NCBI RefSeq assembly: GCF_001194135.2
Contig: NC_068999.1
Coordinates: 15,572,288-15,636,065, forward strand
Source: Octopus bimaculoides
Lineage: Eukaryota
Direction: 5' to 3'
Length of the DNA: 63,778 nucleotides
Below are positions 40,300 to 54,123 of this stretch, one piece after another. Made by a program: the position numbers and the translations under genes. Under the pieces are notes generated by a model. That model saw only the letters and a list, made by a program, of their open reading frames with translations, searched no databases and was not told the DNA's origin. Position 1 is the stretch's first letter, and the number at the start of each line of letters is the position of its first letter.

Positions 40300-40930
40300 C
40301 TGTCTTGTGAACTCTACTGTCACTTACAGAAGCACGAGTAACTTTGCGACTGGATACATCCATGCAACATTGAATGATGTATCAAAAGGGTGACTGCATC
40401 GCATTTTATCACATTTACAATGATGATGCCTTTCTACGAAAAGCCATAAGGGCTTTGGATAGGCCCTATTAATGTCCCATTGAAATATAAAATTTTACCG
40501 TAGACGCTTTCCTCAGCTTCATCAACATCACCGCGTTGTTTTTCTTTCCGGCAGAGGTGAAAAATGATTTCTCTATCCAGAAATCGCATCGTCACAGAAC
40601 TCAAAGTCACTTGAAAATCAAAATCTGCTAGAAACGAGCAAGCATCATTAATGTATATATTTCGGACTGAGGTTCTACTGCTGTGATTCTAAAATGAGTT
40701 TTCTGAGATTGTGTGCGCCACAAAGAAGAGACCACCTGGAAGAACACCTGAATAGAGACTATGTGGCAAAATGATTATGGAGCTGCCTGAAGGTGATTGA
40801 AAAACTTCAAGATATCAAGCTGAGGTTATCTTTAGATTGGAAGCCAACTCATCTGCTGTCTATTTAGAGATGAAAAGGACAACGCAATAGATGGAAAATA
40901 TATTTCAGTGGCCTCATTGATGCTCTGTCA
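40300..40930 (+). mobile_element. Possible highly decayed RTE-type LINE fragment
   Basis: Weak remnants only: a QG.CILS-like stretch near 40385-40410, an RGRP.NTW-like stretch near 40715-40760 and an AQDR..W..L.DAL-like stretch near 40875-40930. No open frame survives. Confidence 0.3.
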
Positions 40931-41620
40931 ATTGTTGGTGGATTAAACTCGAGAATAATAACGCAGTAACTCAACCTGAACTACCCCCAAATTGTTCACA
41001 ATGTTAACATAGACAAATGCTCCCGAAACTTCAGAAAGTTAGGCATGTTATTAAGACATTGGGCATTTCAGGATTTCAAAGGATTGTTTAACAAAGATGT
41101 GCTAACATATTTGGGGGGCCATGAGAGAAAATTAGTGGCCTCTACTAATTTTCATCCAACCTAATAATAGAAGAGTGTTACCGACTTTTCAAAGCGGTCT
41201 AAAAATTTGTTTCGCAATCTGGTTCAGAGTTACTTGAAATTAGTGAAAACCAGAAGAAAAATAAACACAAACAATACTTGAATAAAAATTCCTTTGAAAT
41301 AAATATATGAATATACATACATCTATGTAAATTACACACACGTAAACACACTCACATACAAGCACACAGAAACACACACACATACATAAGTATGAGTATT
41401 CATATATGCATGTATATATTTATGTATGTTTGTGTATCCGTTCTATATTCTATTCTATTGTGGGGCCAAAGTTTTTGCGTGGGTATGGATGTGTGCATAC
41501 TCAAGAGAATCGTGAGCCCAATCGTTGAAGAAACAGCGCTCTAAAACCTATGTAAATACCGAGTAGCATGTCTACAATATTTAGTGATTATTGAAATATG
41601 TTTTTCTATACTCTAACATA

Positions 41621-41668
<48 letters not shown>

Positions 41669-42935
41669 AACACACACACACACACACATATNNNNNNNNN
41701 NNNNNNNNNNNNNNNNNNNNNNNNNNNNNNNNNNNNNNNNNNNNNNNNNNNNNNNNNNNNNNNNNNNNNNNNNNNNNNNNNNNNNNNNNNNNNNNNNNNN
41801 NNNNNNNNNNNNNNNNNNNNNNNNNNNNNNNNNNNNNNNNNNNNNNNNNNNNNNNNNNNNNNNNNNNNNNNNNNNNNNNNNNNNNNNNNNNNNNNNNNNN
41901 NNNNNNNNNNNNNNNNNNNNNNNNNNNNNNNNNNNNNNNNNNNNNNNNNNNNNNNNNNNNNNNNNNNNNNNNNNNNNNNNNNNNNNNNNNNNNNNNNNNN
42001 NNNNNNNNNNNNNNNNNNNNNNNNNNNNNNNNNNNNNNNNNNNNNNNNNNNNNNNNNNNNNNNNNNNNNNNNNNNNNNNNNNNNNNNNNNNNNNNNNNNN
42101 NNNNNNNNNNNNNNNNNNNNNNNNNNNNNNNNNNNNNNNNNNNNNNNNNNNNNNNNNNNNNNNNNNNNNNNNNNNNNNNNNNNNNNNNNNNNNNNNNNNN
42201 NNNNNNNNNNNNNNNNNNNNNNNNNNNNNNNNNNNNNNNNNNNNNNNNNNAAATGGATGGATTGTATGTCATATTTAAGTACCAACAATTTTAAACATAT
42301 ATACCATAGATTCGGATGATAAGTAATGAGATAGTGTATATAAACAAATATTCACATATAGTCGATGACAAAATAGACACCATGCAGTAATGATTAAACA
42401 TAGAAAACATGCACAATTTATCAAATATCAGTGAATTGAATACATAAATATAATGGATGAGATAATACATAAAATTTATTGCTCAAAGCTGAAATGTTTG
42501 AGCGTTACTTTGAGCCACGTATTGAAAAGAAAATAATGTAAACCCATAGCTAAAGATCACAACAAATTATATCGCATCAAAATGTAAATTATCTGTAAAA
42601 CATGATGTATTGTTTGGCCTACTGTAGTAATCAGCTACCATAAACGCTAAAGAAAATGGACACTCTTTGCCAATATGGTACGCTTAATATATAAAATTTC
42701 AAATTGCATTTATGATCAAATTAACAAAGGATTAACTGCTCCACGATGCAGATTTTGAACAATGTCACTCAATTAAAACAGATTGACACGCACGCACATG
42801 CGCGCGCACACGCATGCACACGCGCACACTAATATCTATCTGTCTATTATTCATCTATGCACAATATACACACATATGAAATATACTCCAATACACAAAT
42901 AATTTCATACAGACATACATTCACATAAACGTATG

Positions 42936-42975
<40 letters not shown>

Positions 42976-43632
42976 CACGCACACACACATAAACACACAC
43001 ACACACAAGCACACACACTCATATATATTGTATACCTATGTACGGGTGTATGCATGTGTAAGAGGCATCCCACGTTACAGGCGATTAACAGGCTCTTAAA
43101 TGGGAAGCAGCGTAACATCAGACAACAAAAAAATTTCGCAGGCACATCAAAATATAAGATAACAGTCCAATGAAAACGACAGCAAGTATACCTTCGTCTG
43201 TAATGATATCCGTAATATTTCAAAAGAGTGACGAATTTAGAGAAATATATGTGACAAATGTTCATAGTGTGACACATTTTGATAGTGTGACAAATTTTGT
43301 AGTGTGGAACTTAAGCATAATATTTATTTACAGCTAACTTATCATAGTTTTATATGTTTGCGAATATTTATGCGAATATATTGTATCGCTAACTCAGTGC
43401 TTCAGTCATTCGAAGAATCACTTATGAGAAATTCTGTGTTACAACTACATTTCAAGAAGCTTCAAGACATCATAGAAGACAGATTTCCTAATCCATGCAT
43501 GGAGCAGATTATTCACCGTTTCTAAACACAGTCACCACTCCACACGCGAACGCACAGACGCACACACACAACGACCATTCGAGTACTCACCCACACACAC
43601 TTATATCGCTCTTCTTCTCCCCTCTGTACATC

Positions 43633-43694
<62 letters not shown>

Positions 43695-45281
43695 TATATT
43701 CAGATACAGAGAGACACACACATATGTTAGCGGATCTACACATATGTGAAAGTAGTATGCATACATGTATTATTCTTATATGGACATATATATATAGTAT
43801 TTGTTCTGCACCATTATATCTTCAAAGCAAATTTATATGGTAATTCTTTGTATTATAGAATGCTGGCATTTTATAATCTTATAAAGTTTGCGATAAGGAA
43901 ACGCTATGATAATAATATTTCATATGGAAGTGACTTTATTAAAGATCTTTGTACCATATGCCAGTTATAACCTGAGAAATTTTATAGACTTTTCTCATTC
44001 GCGTTAAACAATTTACATTCTTCTCGTAAAATATTTTATAGCACTACTGCAATTGGCGCACTTAATTTTCGAAACGCTTAATATGAAAATTAGTTTGCAT
44101 AATTTCTATAAATTTCAAAATATTCCCTGGTAATCATTTAAAGGCTGTCTAAATACTTTAATAATAAAAGATGATATTCCATAAGTATCTGAATCGACCA
44201 ATATACTCAGGAATTAATGTATGTATATTTCTTTCTTATTCTTTTCCCAGAGAAATGGCTACCTGCATCTTCTTAAGTGAGAAAACAGTCTTTTGTAAAA
44301 TTTCAAACGATTTATCACAATCATCTACACTAAATCTCAAATCGTTTTGAAAAAGAACCAAATCATTTATAATTAAATTATGTATATTTTTTCGGCAATT
44401 ATATATAATTGCTTGCTAGACAGTTTTTTTATAAATAAAATTTAATATATTTTTTAGACACAATTACTACATTATCTTTGCTGGAAATGATTTATTGTTT
44501 TCGTATAATTTTAGCAGGAATAATGCTATTAATGTTTGGATTCAGTTCTGAAGATTTCCATTTTACAGAAGATATACTCTAAGATATAATCTTAGATCTT
44601 TAACCAAATCCTTAACTCCAAACCTACCAAAGTGAAGACTACAATTACTAAGATGCCTAACTGAGAACGAGATCCCCATTATTAAAGCCAACTTACGTCA
44701 CTTGTGTTGCTAGAACTATGGTAAATATTACAGTATCAAGATTATATTCATATTTCCTAGTTCACAGAATACACGGATAATGCATTGAAACTACTAAACA
44801 TCTCGTGAAAAATTGTTTTTAATGTTTAAATACTTACGGCACGACGAGAAAAATGCATAGCATATTTCAGATAACAATCTAGTTTGTGATTCCATGATGG
44901 ATCAAATACACATCACGTAATTTAGAAATGTCCCTTAAGATATTATTGAACTTTCGACATTTACCACATCCGAATAAGGAAAAGAAAATTGTCATTGTTT
45001 AGTTGATATTATATTTTCCAAAGTTTCAGAAGTTTGAAATTGTTTGATAGTAAATTTTTGTATAAATATTTATCGATATTTCACTGTAGTAAGACTGAAC
45101 AATGGTCTAAAATTCCAAAAGATTATAAGCTTCGTAAAAGCATTTCTTGTGTAATGTATGTATGTGGATGAATATATTATCATTTCAGACAGTTTATTAG
45201 TTTCCTCTCTCTTTTTCTCTCTCCCTCACAATTTATCTATCTATCTCATCTCTCTCTCTCTCTTTCTGTTTATATATATGT

Positions 45282-45313
<32 letters not shown>

Positions 45314-47141
45314 NNNNNNNNNNNNNNNNNNNNNNNNNNNNNNNNNNNNNNNNNNNNNNNNNNNNNNNNNNNNNNNNNNNNNNNNNNNNNNNNNNNNNNN
45401 NNNNNNNNNNNNNNNNNNNNNNNNNNNNNNNNNNNNNNNNNNNNNNNNNNNNNNNNNNNNNNNNNNNNNNNNNNNNNNNNNNNNNNNNNNNNNNNNNNNN
45501 NNNNNNNNNNNNNNNNNNNNNNNNNNNNNNNNNNNNNNNNNNNNNNNNNNNNNNNNNNNNNNNNNNNNNNNNNNNNNNNNNNNNNNNNNNNNNNNNNNNN
45601 NNNNNNNNNNNNNNNNNNNNNNNNNNNNNNNNNNNNNNNNNNNNNNNNNNNNNNNNNNNNNNNNNNNNNNNNNNNNNNNNNNNNNNNNNNNNNNNNNNNN
45701 NNNNNNNNNNNNNNNNNNNNNNNNNNNNNNNNNNNNNNNNNNNNNNNNNNNNNNNNNNNNNNNNNNNNNNNNNNNNNNNNNNNNNNNNNNNNNNNNNNNN
45801 NNNNNNNNNNNNNNNNNNNNNNNNNNNNNNNNNNNNNNNNNNNNNNNNNNNNNNNNNNNNNNNNNNNNNNNNNNNNNNNNNNNNNNNNNNNNNNNNNNNN
45901 NNNNNNNNNNNNNNNNNNNNNNNNNNNNNNNNNNNNNNNNNNNNNNNNNNNNNNNNNNNNNNNNNNNNNNNNNNNNNNNNNNNNNNNNNNNNNNNNNNNN
46001 NNNNNNNNNNNNNNNNNNNNNNNNNNNNNNNNNNNNNNNNNNNNNNNNNNNNNNNNNNNNNNNNNNNNNNNNNNNNNNNNNNNNNNNNNNNNNNNNNNNN
46101 NNNNNNNNNNNNNNNNNNNNNNNNNNNNNNNNNNNNNNNNNNNNNNNNNNNNNNNNNNNNNNNNNNNATATATATATATATATATATAAGTGTGTGTCTT
46201 TATTAGTAAATTTGAAGTCAAAAGTTTCACACAGACCGTCTGTTCGCCTCGATTAGCGTATCAAGGGACTACATTTATACCTGAAAACATCGTATGTTAC
46301 AGCTGTTTTTAGCTGATTGAGCAATCTCACTGGCATTTTTATGGTAGCTCTTACATGTATGTGTATTTGCATGAGATTTGATACTTTGTATTTTACGGAA
46401 AATTGATGATACCTTTCATGAATATTCTTTTAATATGTTGTATAATACGTTTCAAACACATTTACATGGAATCTCATAGAATGGCTTCGTTTACAGAATA
46501 AATAATGAAGTATTGCGAATCTAAGCACTAGACTTACTAACGTCCGGAGATTACCTGAAGTTATATTTTATAACATTATCGTTAGTGCACTAGAATGTAT
46601 GCTGTATGCAACGCTACATCTATTTGAGAAAATCAATTATATGAGATTCAACCACGCCGTTTTGTAATAGTTTCTATTCTTTCCTCTCTGGTACCGAAAA
46701 AAAAAAGATAAGAAAAGAACGCTATTTAATACTTACTGGACGAAATGCAATTCCATAGTTAAACACTAGTAGAATGATGTACTTGACTTTGTCAATATTA
46801 AGTAGTAAATTTGGTGTTGTTAACCGACCAGATGAAACCAATTTTCCAGAAGAAAAAAACGGAATTATCTCACTCTAACATAGAAACAGAAGTATTGAAA
46901 GAAATTGGGATTGATAGAGAACGGAAATTAATATCAACCTCGGTTAGAAACGATAAAAACGAATAAATAAAAGAGAAAGAAAAGGTGGAGGAGACTAGAA
47001 GAAAACCTTGTGTGCATATAAGCAAATATCTAATCAGATTGCTTTGTTAGAATTCTAGAGAAGTCTTATATTGGCAAATTGTGTCAATCAAGATTCAGAT
47101 ATTTTTATACATACGCATATGTCTATCCGCCTATCTGTGTG

Positions 47142-47176
<35 letters not shown>

Positions 47177-48531
47177 GTCTGTGTTTATGTGTGTGTATAA
47201 GTATATATTTATATATAATCTGCTGGAATTCATTGATCATATCGAGATATAGATGGTGAACTTCATTTACTCTGTATATTCTCTATAGATTTAGCACGTG
47301 CAGTCAGACATTGCCTTCACAGATTTCAAAAATCTGTAACGGCAATGTCTGACCTTCTATCTCCCCTGTCTATATTTGTGATGAAAAATATCTAATATAT
47401 TTGTCAAGCTTATGAATATATACGCATGTGTGCAATCCTGATGTGTGGTTGGTTCATACAAAACTAGAATATTTTACAATGTTGCAGAGGTATACAGTGT
47501 GGGTGGCATTACGGATCCTTCACCATGCAAATAAATATGAAGAGCTAAGCTTATTTGCTATTCACCACGATCCCCTATTCAAATATAAATTGCAGATTGA
47601 CAAACATTTCATTCAGATGATGTATGTTATGTGTTTTCAATTAATGGAAGCGCACGGTACCGTAAGACGCACATAAACTCACCCAGGAAATGGCCATCTT
47701 CTGTACGTATTTTAATTACAAAATTCTACCAATCGTTGGAAAAGGTTAACCCCCACGCACCACCACCATTATTACCATTGACCACACATTGAAAAAAACT
47801 ATTGTCCGTAGTAGCCTGTGCAGTATCCTCGTAGTTATGAAGCCAAGTTCTTGCTGACAGGTTTATACAGGTACCTGCATATCTTCACTGAACGTGTGTA
47901 AAAACCTTTAAATATACTTCAGCCGCATTCTTTTCAACGTAACTGAATTCAACATACATTGAACATAACGTCCATCTCCCAGTAAAGGAAGACTATGGCA
48001 TTGTATGAAATAATTATTATCTAACTCATTTTATCAGTCACTACGTTTTCACTTAAATTTTGTTTAATTTATATTCACAAATGTCTCCTTTTGACGTTTA
48101 TTAGATTAAGAATGGGAACACATTTTTTTTATTATGCTTCTAATGCAAATTTTACTATTAATGCTAAATACAAAGATGCATCGACAATAATAAAGGAATG
48201 CCGAGTATTGTCGCTCACTTTCACTAGTATTAGCCATTGGTCTGCAGTCTCTATTAGTCATGATTATAATGGTCTTCATATATTATATATATCCAGACCA
48301 TTACTTATTGCCTCCCTGATATTATCCACCTGTATTCTTAGAATGGTTGATCTCTGTTTGAGTTACGTACCTCTGTATGCTGTTGCCTATTCTTAAGGAG
48401 TAAAAGAAAAAGAAATTTCCACAGAAGTACGCACGTATATATATAAATAACCACATGGATTCAGACACAAGCACACTTACATGCTCAAATGCATACTTGT
48501 GTTTTTGAGTTTCTGTGTTTGTGTGTTTGTG

Positions 48532-48576
<45 letters not shown>

Positions 48577-48612
48577 GAGGTGTTTTCCACAGTCTCAGCT
48601 AACCTAATTTTA

Positions 48613-49080
48613 CGAGAGTGGGTTGAAAAGTTTGTAGTCCAACTAAGGAATGAAGCTAAAGCTGTGAGATCCTACAGGCATTCATTTCAACTCTTGTTCT
48701 TGATAACTGCATTGCTTCTGTTCAGGTAAATTGATATCTGACTGGTCAAAGAAGACTTCAATTGTAACTAGTAGCTACTTGTTTTGAAAATGGACAAAAT
48801 TTGGCATCTTGGTATTATTAAGTCTCCAAGGCATCCAGGCTGAAATGGCTGCTACATCAGAGGATGGTGTTCCAGCTTTATCAATAGTGCAAAAGTTGGC
48901 AGCTGAATTTAGAAGGTAAAAGAAGTGTCTTGAAGCTGATCCAACGGCTGGAAGTGCAACAACTGCTACCACAGAAGAAAACATCATCAATGAAGGAAGG
49001 AGGGACTGGATAATACAAACCAACCTTACAAAAGCATAATGTATTTCGGTGACCACCATTCGAAAGATTTTGCTCCTAGG
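48613..49080 (+). mobile_element. Mariner (irritans-like) 5' fragment: left TIR and HTH region
   Basis: TA followed by CGAGAGTGGGTTGAAAAGTT (mariner-type TIR). ATG at 48790 gives MDKIWHLGIIK; after a frameshift, IQAEMAAT..DGVPALSIVQKLAAEFRR*KKCLEADPTAGSATTATTEENI (EDDPRSGRP-like). No right TIR was seen, and the 3' end is approximate. Confidence 0.75.
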
Positions 49081-49199
49081 TCTGCTTCATGAGCAAGAAG
49101 CTGTTTCCAAACAATAAAATGAATACATAAACTGTAGGGCACTTGGTAGAAGACAAGTTATTTTATAGAGCATAATAAACACAAATACGCTATTATCGG

Positions 49200-49295
49200 A
49201 AAATACTTCAACTACGTAAATGGTTTGGTTTCAAAGTTTGGTGCAGTGTCAACAGACTCCGAAAGGATGAAAAGATAACTCGACCTCGGTGGAAC
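49200..49295 (-). mobile_element. SINE family A, short fragment between the two mariners
   Basis: ccgaaaggatgaaaagataactcgacctcggtggaa matches ccgaaaggatgaaaggcaaagtcgacctcggcggaa in the 3636 copy. Confidence 0.6.
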
Positions 49296-49337
49296 ACTAT
49301 TCTGTATACATCTTGATACAAATATATCACTAAAATA

Positions 49338-50575
49338 TCAGGCTGTGTAAAAAGTGAGCAAGATTTTGAAACATGAAATTCGTCACAATTTATTTCAACA
49401 ATGCATAAGTTTTATTCATCAAAGTAAGCACCATTACAATCAACACATTTTTGCCAACGCGTTACAAGTTTGTTTATTCTGGTAACATAAAAATCTGGAG
49501 TCTTGGAGCTGATGAACTCTTTGAAAGCACTTTCAGCATCGGTTTGATGTTTTAACTCCTCTCGCAGGAAACTATGAAGGTGCTTGAAAAAGTGGCCGTC
49601 GGTAGGAGAAAGGTCTGCAAATAAGCTGAGTGGGGAAGAACTTCGTAATCGAGTTCCCTCAACTTCTGGAGCCTCATTAGTAAAACGTATGGTCGAGCAT
49701 TGTCATGAAGAATGATTGACCCTCTTCTATTGACCAGTCTGGGACTGAGTAGTAGTGCTTTTTCGTTCATTTTGGTAATTTCATGGTAATATGTTTTCTC
49801 AGTAATGGTTTTCTGGGTTTTAAGAAGTTATAGTGGATGGATGAGACCAGCAGTACACGACCAAACAACCACCATAACAAATTTTTGGAAGAGCTCGGGT
49901 TTAGGGAAAGTTTTGGGTGCTTCAACCAATGCGAAGAACGCTTTTTATTATTATGCAGAATCCACTTTTCCTCGAAAGTTAAAATACGGTCGAGAAATGG
50001 ATTGGTCTGGTTACAAAGAAGAAACGACGCGCAAATTTCATATCTGCACATTTTTTTACTTTCATTCAAATCGTGTGGCACCCATTTGTCGAGCTTTTTT
50101 GATTTTTCGATCGCATGCAAATGGTTGTAGGCAGTTTTCTGTCTAACTTGAGGTTCTTTTGCCAGTGTTTGAGTGGTTTTACGTGGATTTTTCTCAATGA
50201 CGGTCTTCAATTGACCGTCATCGATGACCGACAGGCATCCACACGCTCACGAACATCAAAGCTCAGCTCTCCACTCCGGAATAACTTAAACCATTTTTGA
50301 GCTGACCACTCACTGGTCATTTCCTCACCAAACGTTGCCCTTTTTTTTTCTTTAAAGTTGAATAGCAAAATTGCTCGAATATCATAGTTGACATTTTGAG
50401 ATAATTGTAACAACTGCGAAAAAAATATCAATGTTAATTTATTGATGCATTTGGGCAAATCTGTGTCTATATTATCAGATAATTCCGAAAAAATGCTTAA
50501 AACATTTTTAAACTGATAAAATCCGATACCAATTCTTCATGGTTCAAAACGTTGCTTACTTTTTACTCAACCTGA
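49338..50575 (-). mobile_element. Full-length decayed mariner transposon, cecropia subfamily (Hsmar1-like), 1,238 bp
   Basis: 40-bp TIRs match at 34/40 positions (49338-49377 tcaggctgtgtaaaaagtgagcaagattttgaaacatgaa versus the reverse complement of 50536-50575). TA target duplications at 49336-49337 and 50576-50577. Confidence 0.95.
49412..50394 (-). pseudogene. Mariner transposase pseudogene (several frameshifts)
   Basis: Segments IRAILLFNFK..SAQKWFKLFRSGE, KKLDKWVPHDL, PFLDRILTFEEKWIL, LVNRRGSIILHDNARP, YEVLPHSAY/(frameshift)DLSPTDGHFFKHL and RWQKCVDCNGAYFDE* lie in different frames. Confidence 0.93.
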
Positions 50576-52945
50576 TAGATTATAATGATTGATTGTTCTA
50601 AGGTAACAAATTGACCGAATGGATAAAAGAATGGATAAAATACTCTGCTGCAAACGTTCCATTTCTGTACATTCTAAGTTCAAATCCTACCGAAGTTTTG
50701 CAATCTTTTCCTTTAATCATTTCTATGTTGAAAACNNNNNNNNNNNNNNNATATATATATATATATAGTTATCCCTCTCTTCAGCTCTCTCTCTAGCTCT
50801 ACCTTCTCTTTCTCTCAGAGTATAAATTGCCTGAAAAGGTCAGCGTAGGAATGTTTACAACGTGACAGAAGCAGGCATTTAACCCCAGCTCCGTGGTCAC
50901 TGACCCAACATTTCTTTTACAACAAAATTTTTGGAAGTTCAATATAAACTTATATCGTTTAAATCTTTTTAAAATGTAATGACAAGGAGTTAACCTCCAA
51001 GAAATTTGCTTTGCATATAGAAACCATCGCATAGAGGGAACTTAGCTCCATGTACCTTAGCTCTAGAGAGAACTTAGCTCCATATAAAAATAAACAGCTT
51101 TTTAAAAAAAAAATCTTTAAAGAGTGCCGTTATCAGTTTAAGAATTCATACAATATTCTAAACATATGCGTATATTTTTATTACATACAACTTAGATGTA
51201 ATACTGTAGCGCCTATGATATTTTTCAGAAGCACCGAGTTGGTTGGGAAAATCAAAGAGCCTACGGGACTGCTTGCAAAGAAATAATTTCAATTAAAAAG
51301 AAATAATTTCAATTAAAAAAAAATACGTGTTAGTTGCGGGCATTCAACCGCGTGGTTCAAACAAAACGAATGGGTTGCATGAAGGTCGTTCTCATCTTTG
51401 TTTGACACGCCTTCCATACAACCTCCTAAGAATTTTCTCCTGAAATACCTTGGTCGACCATGTTTATGATAAGATAGAGACACATAGATACAACGGTAAA
51501 CTATCTGGTTGCGGGTCAAAAATTGAACCACACTACCTTACATATATGCACTGTTTTCTCTTTTCGTCTGAAAACTTTTGGGTCAAAAGGTCATACCGAT
51601 TTCTAGCTTAGAGTCTAAAAATGTACTATTAATCCTATTGGTGTTATAATAAATATTCATGGTCTGTATCAAAAAGTACATTACATACATACATATCCAT
51701 ACATATATACATATCCATATGTATGTATATATGTCTGAAATGTGAGTATGCGTTTGTATCTTTGTCAAAAAACGTATAATGCACATACAAATATATATGT
51801 ATGTGCATATGTGTGTATGTATGTATATATGTATGTATATATGTATTTGTGTATGCATGTATGTGTTTGTCTATGGATATATTCATAGAGAATCATAAAT
51901 TTATATTCATATATACATAATGAATATTTATTACGTTCACCAGTAGGATTATCAACGCAATTTTCGATACTACATCGCTAATTGTCATGAATTTTCGACA
52001 CTCACAATACGTGTATGTGCTATCGCTCGCTCGGGCGTGCGTGTGTGTGTGTGAGTGTACGTATGTGTATGCGTCGGTAGAATGTTTCACTTGTAAGTTG
52101 AAATGTCATAATGACCTTACGGGATAGGACATAACTAATTCAACATTTTATTGCCCATCATTTAAATAATGATGAAAACCCGATGCGTCACATGTATAGA
52201 AGTTGCTGTATGTATATATATGCATGTGTTACTATATGGGAACTTACGAGTATATGCGTCTGTGCATGTGTATCTATTAACTAATCTATATTATCTTTTC
52301 TATTTCCACTTCTCAAATACGTATTTTTCGTTATTGTGGTCGAAGCAGAAAATTCTACTAAATGATTGCTCAGTTCCACATTTACAACATTAGGTTTTTC
52401 GACATTTCCTATCTAGTTACTTATTGAAGGAACTTATTTAATCGGTACACTTATAAAATACGAAGGCAACATTCATTCGCTCTATTACATATCACTGAAG
52501 CTTGAAGACGCGGTTATTATCGCTAACTTTTGCAATATTTCAGTCACAGTTCAGTGCTAGCCACGGTTCATTTACATTCAATTAAAATCACAGTTCTATC
52601 TATTATTGGATACAATTTTACCGATCAATCTTACGTTAACGGTTTAATAGCTTTGTCACCAATTGGTAAATTTTCTATTTATTCACCAATAAAATTCTAT
52701 TGTGACTCGATAATTTGAAATATTTTCGACCTATCAGAAACACAAAATTTAAACATTGTTATATGCTGCCTAATTTTAACATTTCCAAGAAGGCTAATAA
52801 CATCCGTTTGGTCAGATTTTGGTTTAGGAGACACGTTTCACGTTGAAAAATTATTGAGATAAGTGAATGGAATTATTGAAAACTCAAGCCGTTTCTCAAT
52901 GTTTGTGTGTGTGTGTGTGTGTGTATGTGTGTGTATGCATCAATA

Positions 52946-53010
<65 letters not shown>

Positions 53011-53483
53011 TACACTATGTACATTTAGTGTGCAGATATATATATATATATATTCAGAAGTATAGATTTATATGTCAGCTACTTCAAGTTTCATGCTCAG
53101 ATAGTGTGATATTAAGACGTGATATTTTAGTGTACTATGCCCCATCACACAGTTATTCAAGCGATGCAAAACACCGAAACATGGTTACTCTTTGAAGAAA
53201 AGCGTTAGAGACTCCTAGAGAATAAAGCAAGAAGAAAAGTGAAACAAGAAAAGAGAGATTAAAGTTATATCCCTTTACCCAGTTAGGTGAACAGAATTGT
53301 TAATGTTTTACGTTTAAATGTACTGTAAGAATAGTTTGTGTGACAGTCGAGTGGCAGAAAGCTAATGTGTATTATATTCTACGTCTTATTCGGTGAGTGA
53401 ATTGCTCTAAAGGACTGTAATTCTTATTAGATCGAAAAACTATACCAATCTTCAAACCCACACACACGCGCAATCACGCGCAA

Positions 53484-53523
<40 letters not shown>

Positions 53524-53854
53524 NNNNNNNNNNNNNNNNNNNNNNNNNNNNNNNNNNNNNNNNNNNNNNNNNNNNNNNNNNNNNNNNNNNNNNNNNNNNN
53601 NNNNNNNNNNNNNNNNNNNNNNNNNNNNNNNNNNNNNNNNNNNNNNNNNNNNNNNNNNNNNNNNNNNNNNNNNNNNNNNNNNNNNNNNNNNNNNNNNNNN
53701 NNNNNNNNNNNNNNNNNNNNNNNNNNNNNNNNNNNNNNNNNNNNNNNNNNNNNNNNNNNNNNNNNNNNNNNNNNNNNNNNNNNNNNNNNNNNNNNNNNNN
53801 NNNNNNNNNNNNNNNNNNNNNNNNNNNNNNNNNNNNNNNNNNNNNNNNNNNNNN

Positions 53855-53889
<35 letters not shown>

Positions 53890-53892
<3 letters not shown>

Positions 53893-54123
53893 GTTTGCGT
53901 CTGTGTCTCTATCTTTGTCCCTCGCTACCACTTGACAAGCAGTGTTGGTGTGTGTCCGTCCCTGTTAATTAGCGGTGTGGCAAAAAAAGCCGATAGAATA
54001 AGTACCAGGCTTAAAATTAAAAAGTACTAGGGTCGATTATTCAACTAAATTTCTTCAAGTCGGAGCCCCAGCATGGCCGCAGTCTAACCAGTAAAAAAGG
54101 CAAAAGAATAAAGAATAAAAGAA
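53890..54123 (+). mobile_element. SINE family B, 3' half (5' part possibly in the adjacent gap)
   Basis: ccacttgacaagcagtgttggtgtg...gatagaataagtaccaggctt...agtactagggtcgatt...ccccagcatggccgcagtc...aaaagaataaag. Confidence 0.82.

Noticed and set aside
46730-46790. Minus-strand IILLVFNYG.. followed by a GTAAGT donor, recalling neuroligin VIVITxNYRLG
   Set aside because: Similarity is too weak (no RLG or GFL), and it cannot be the exon directly preceding LFQRAI.
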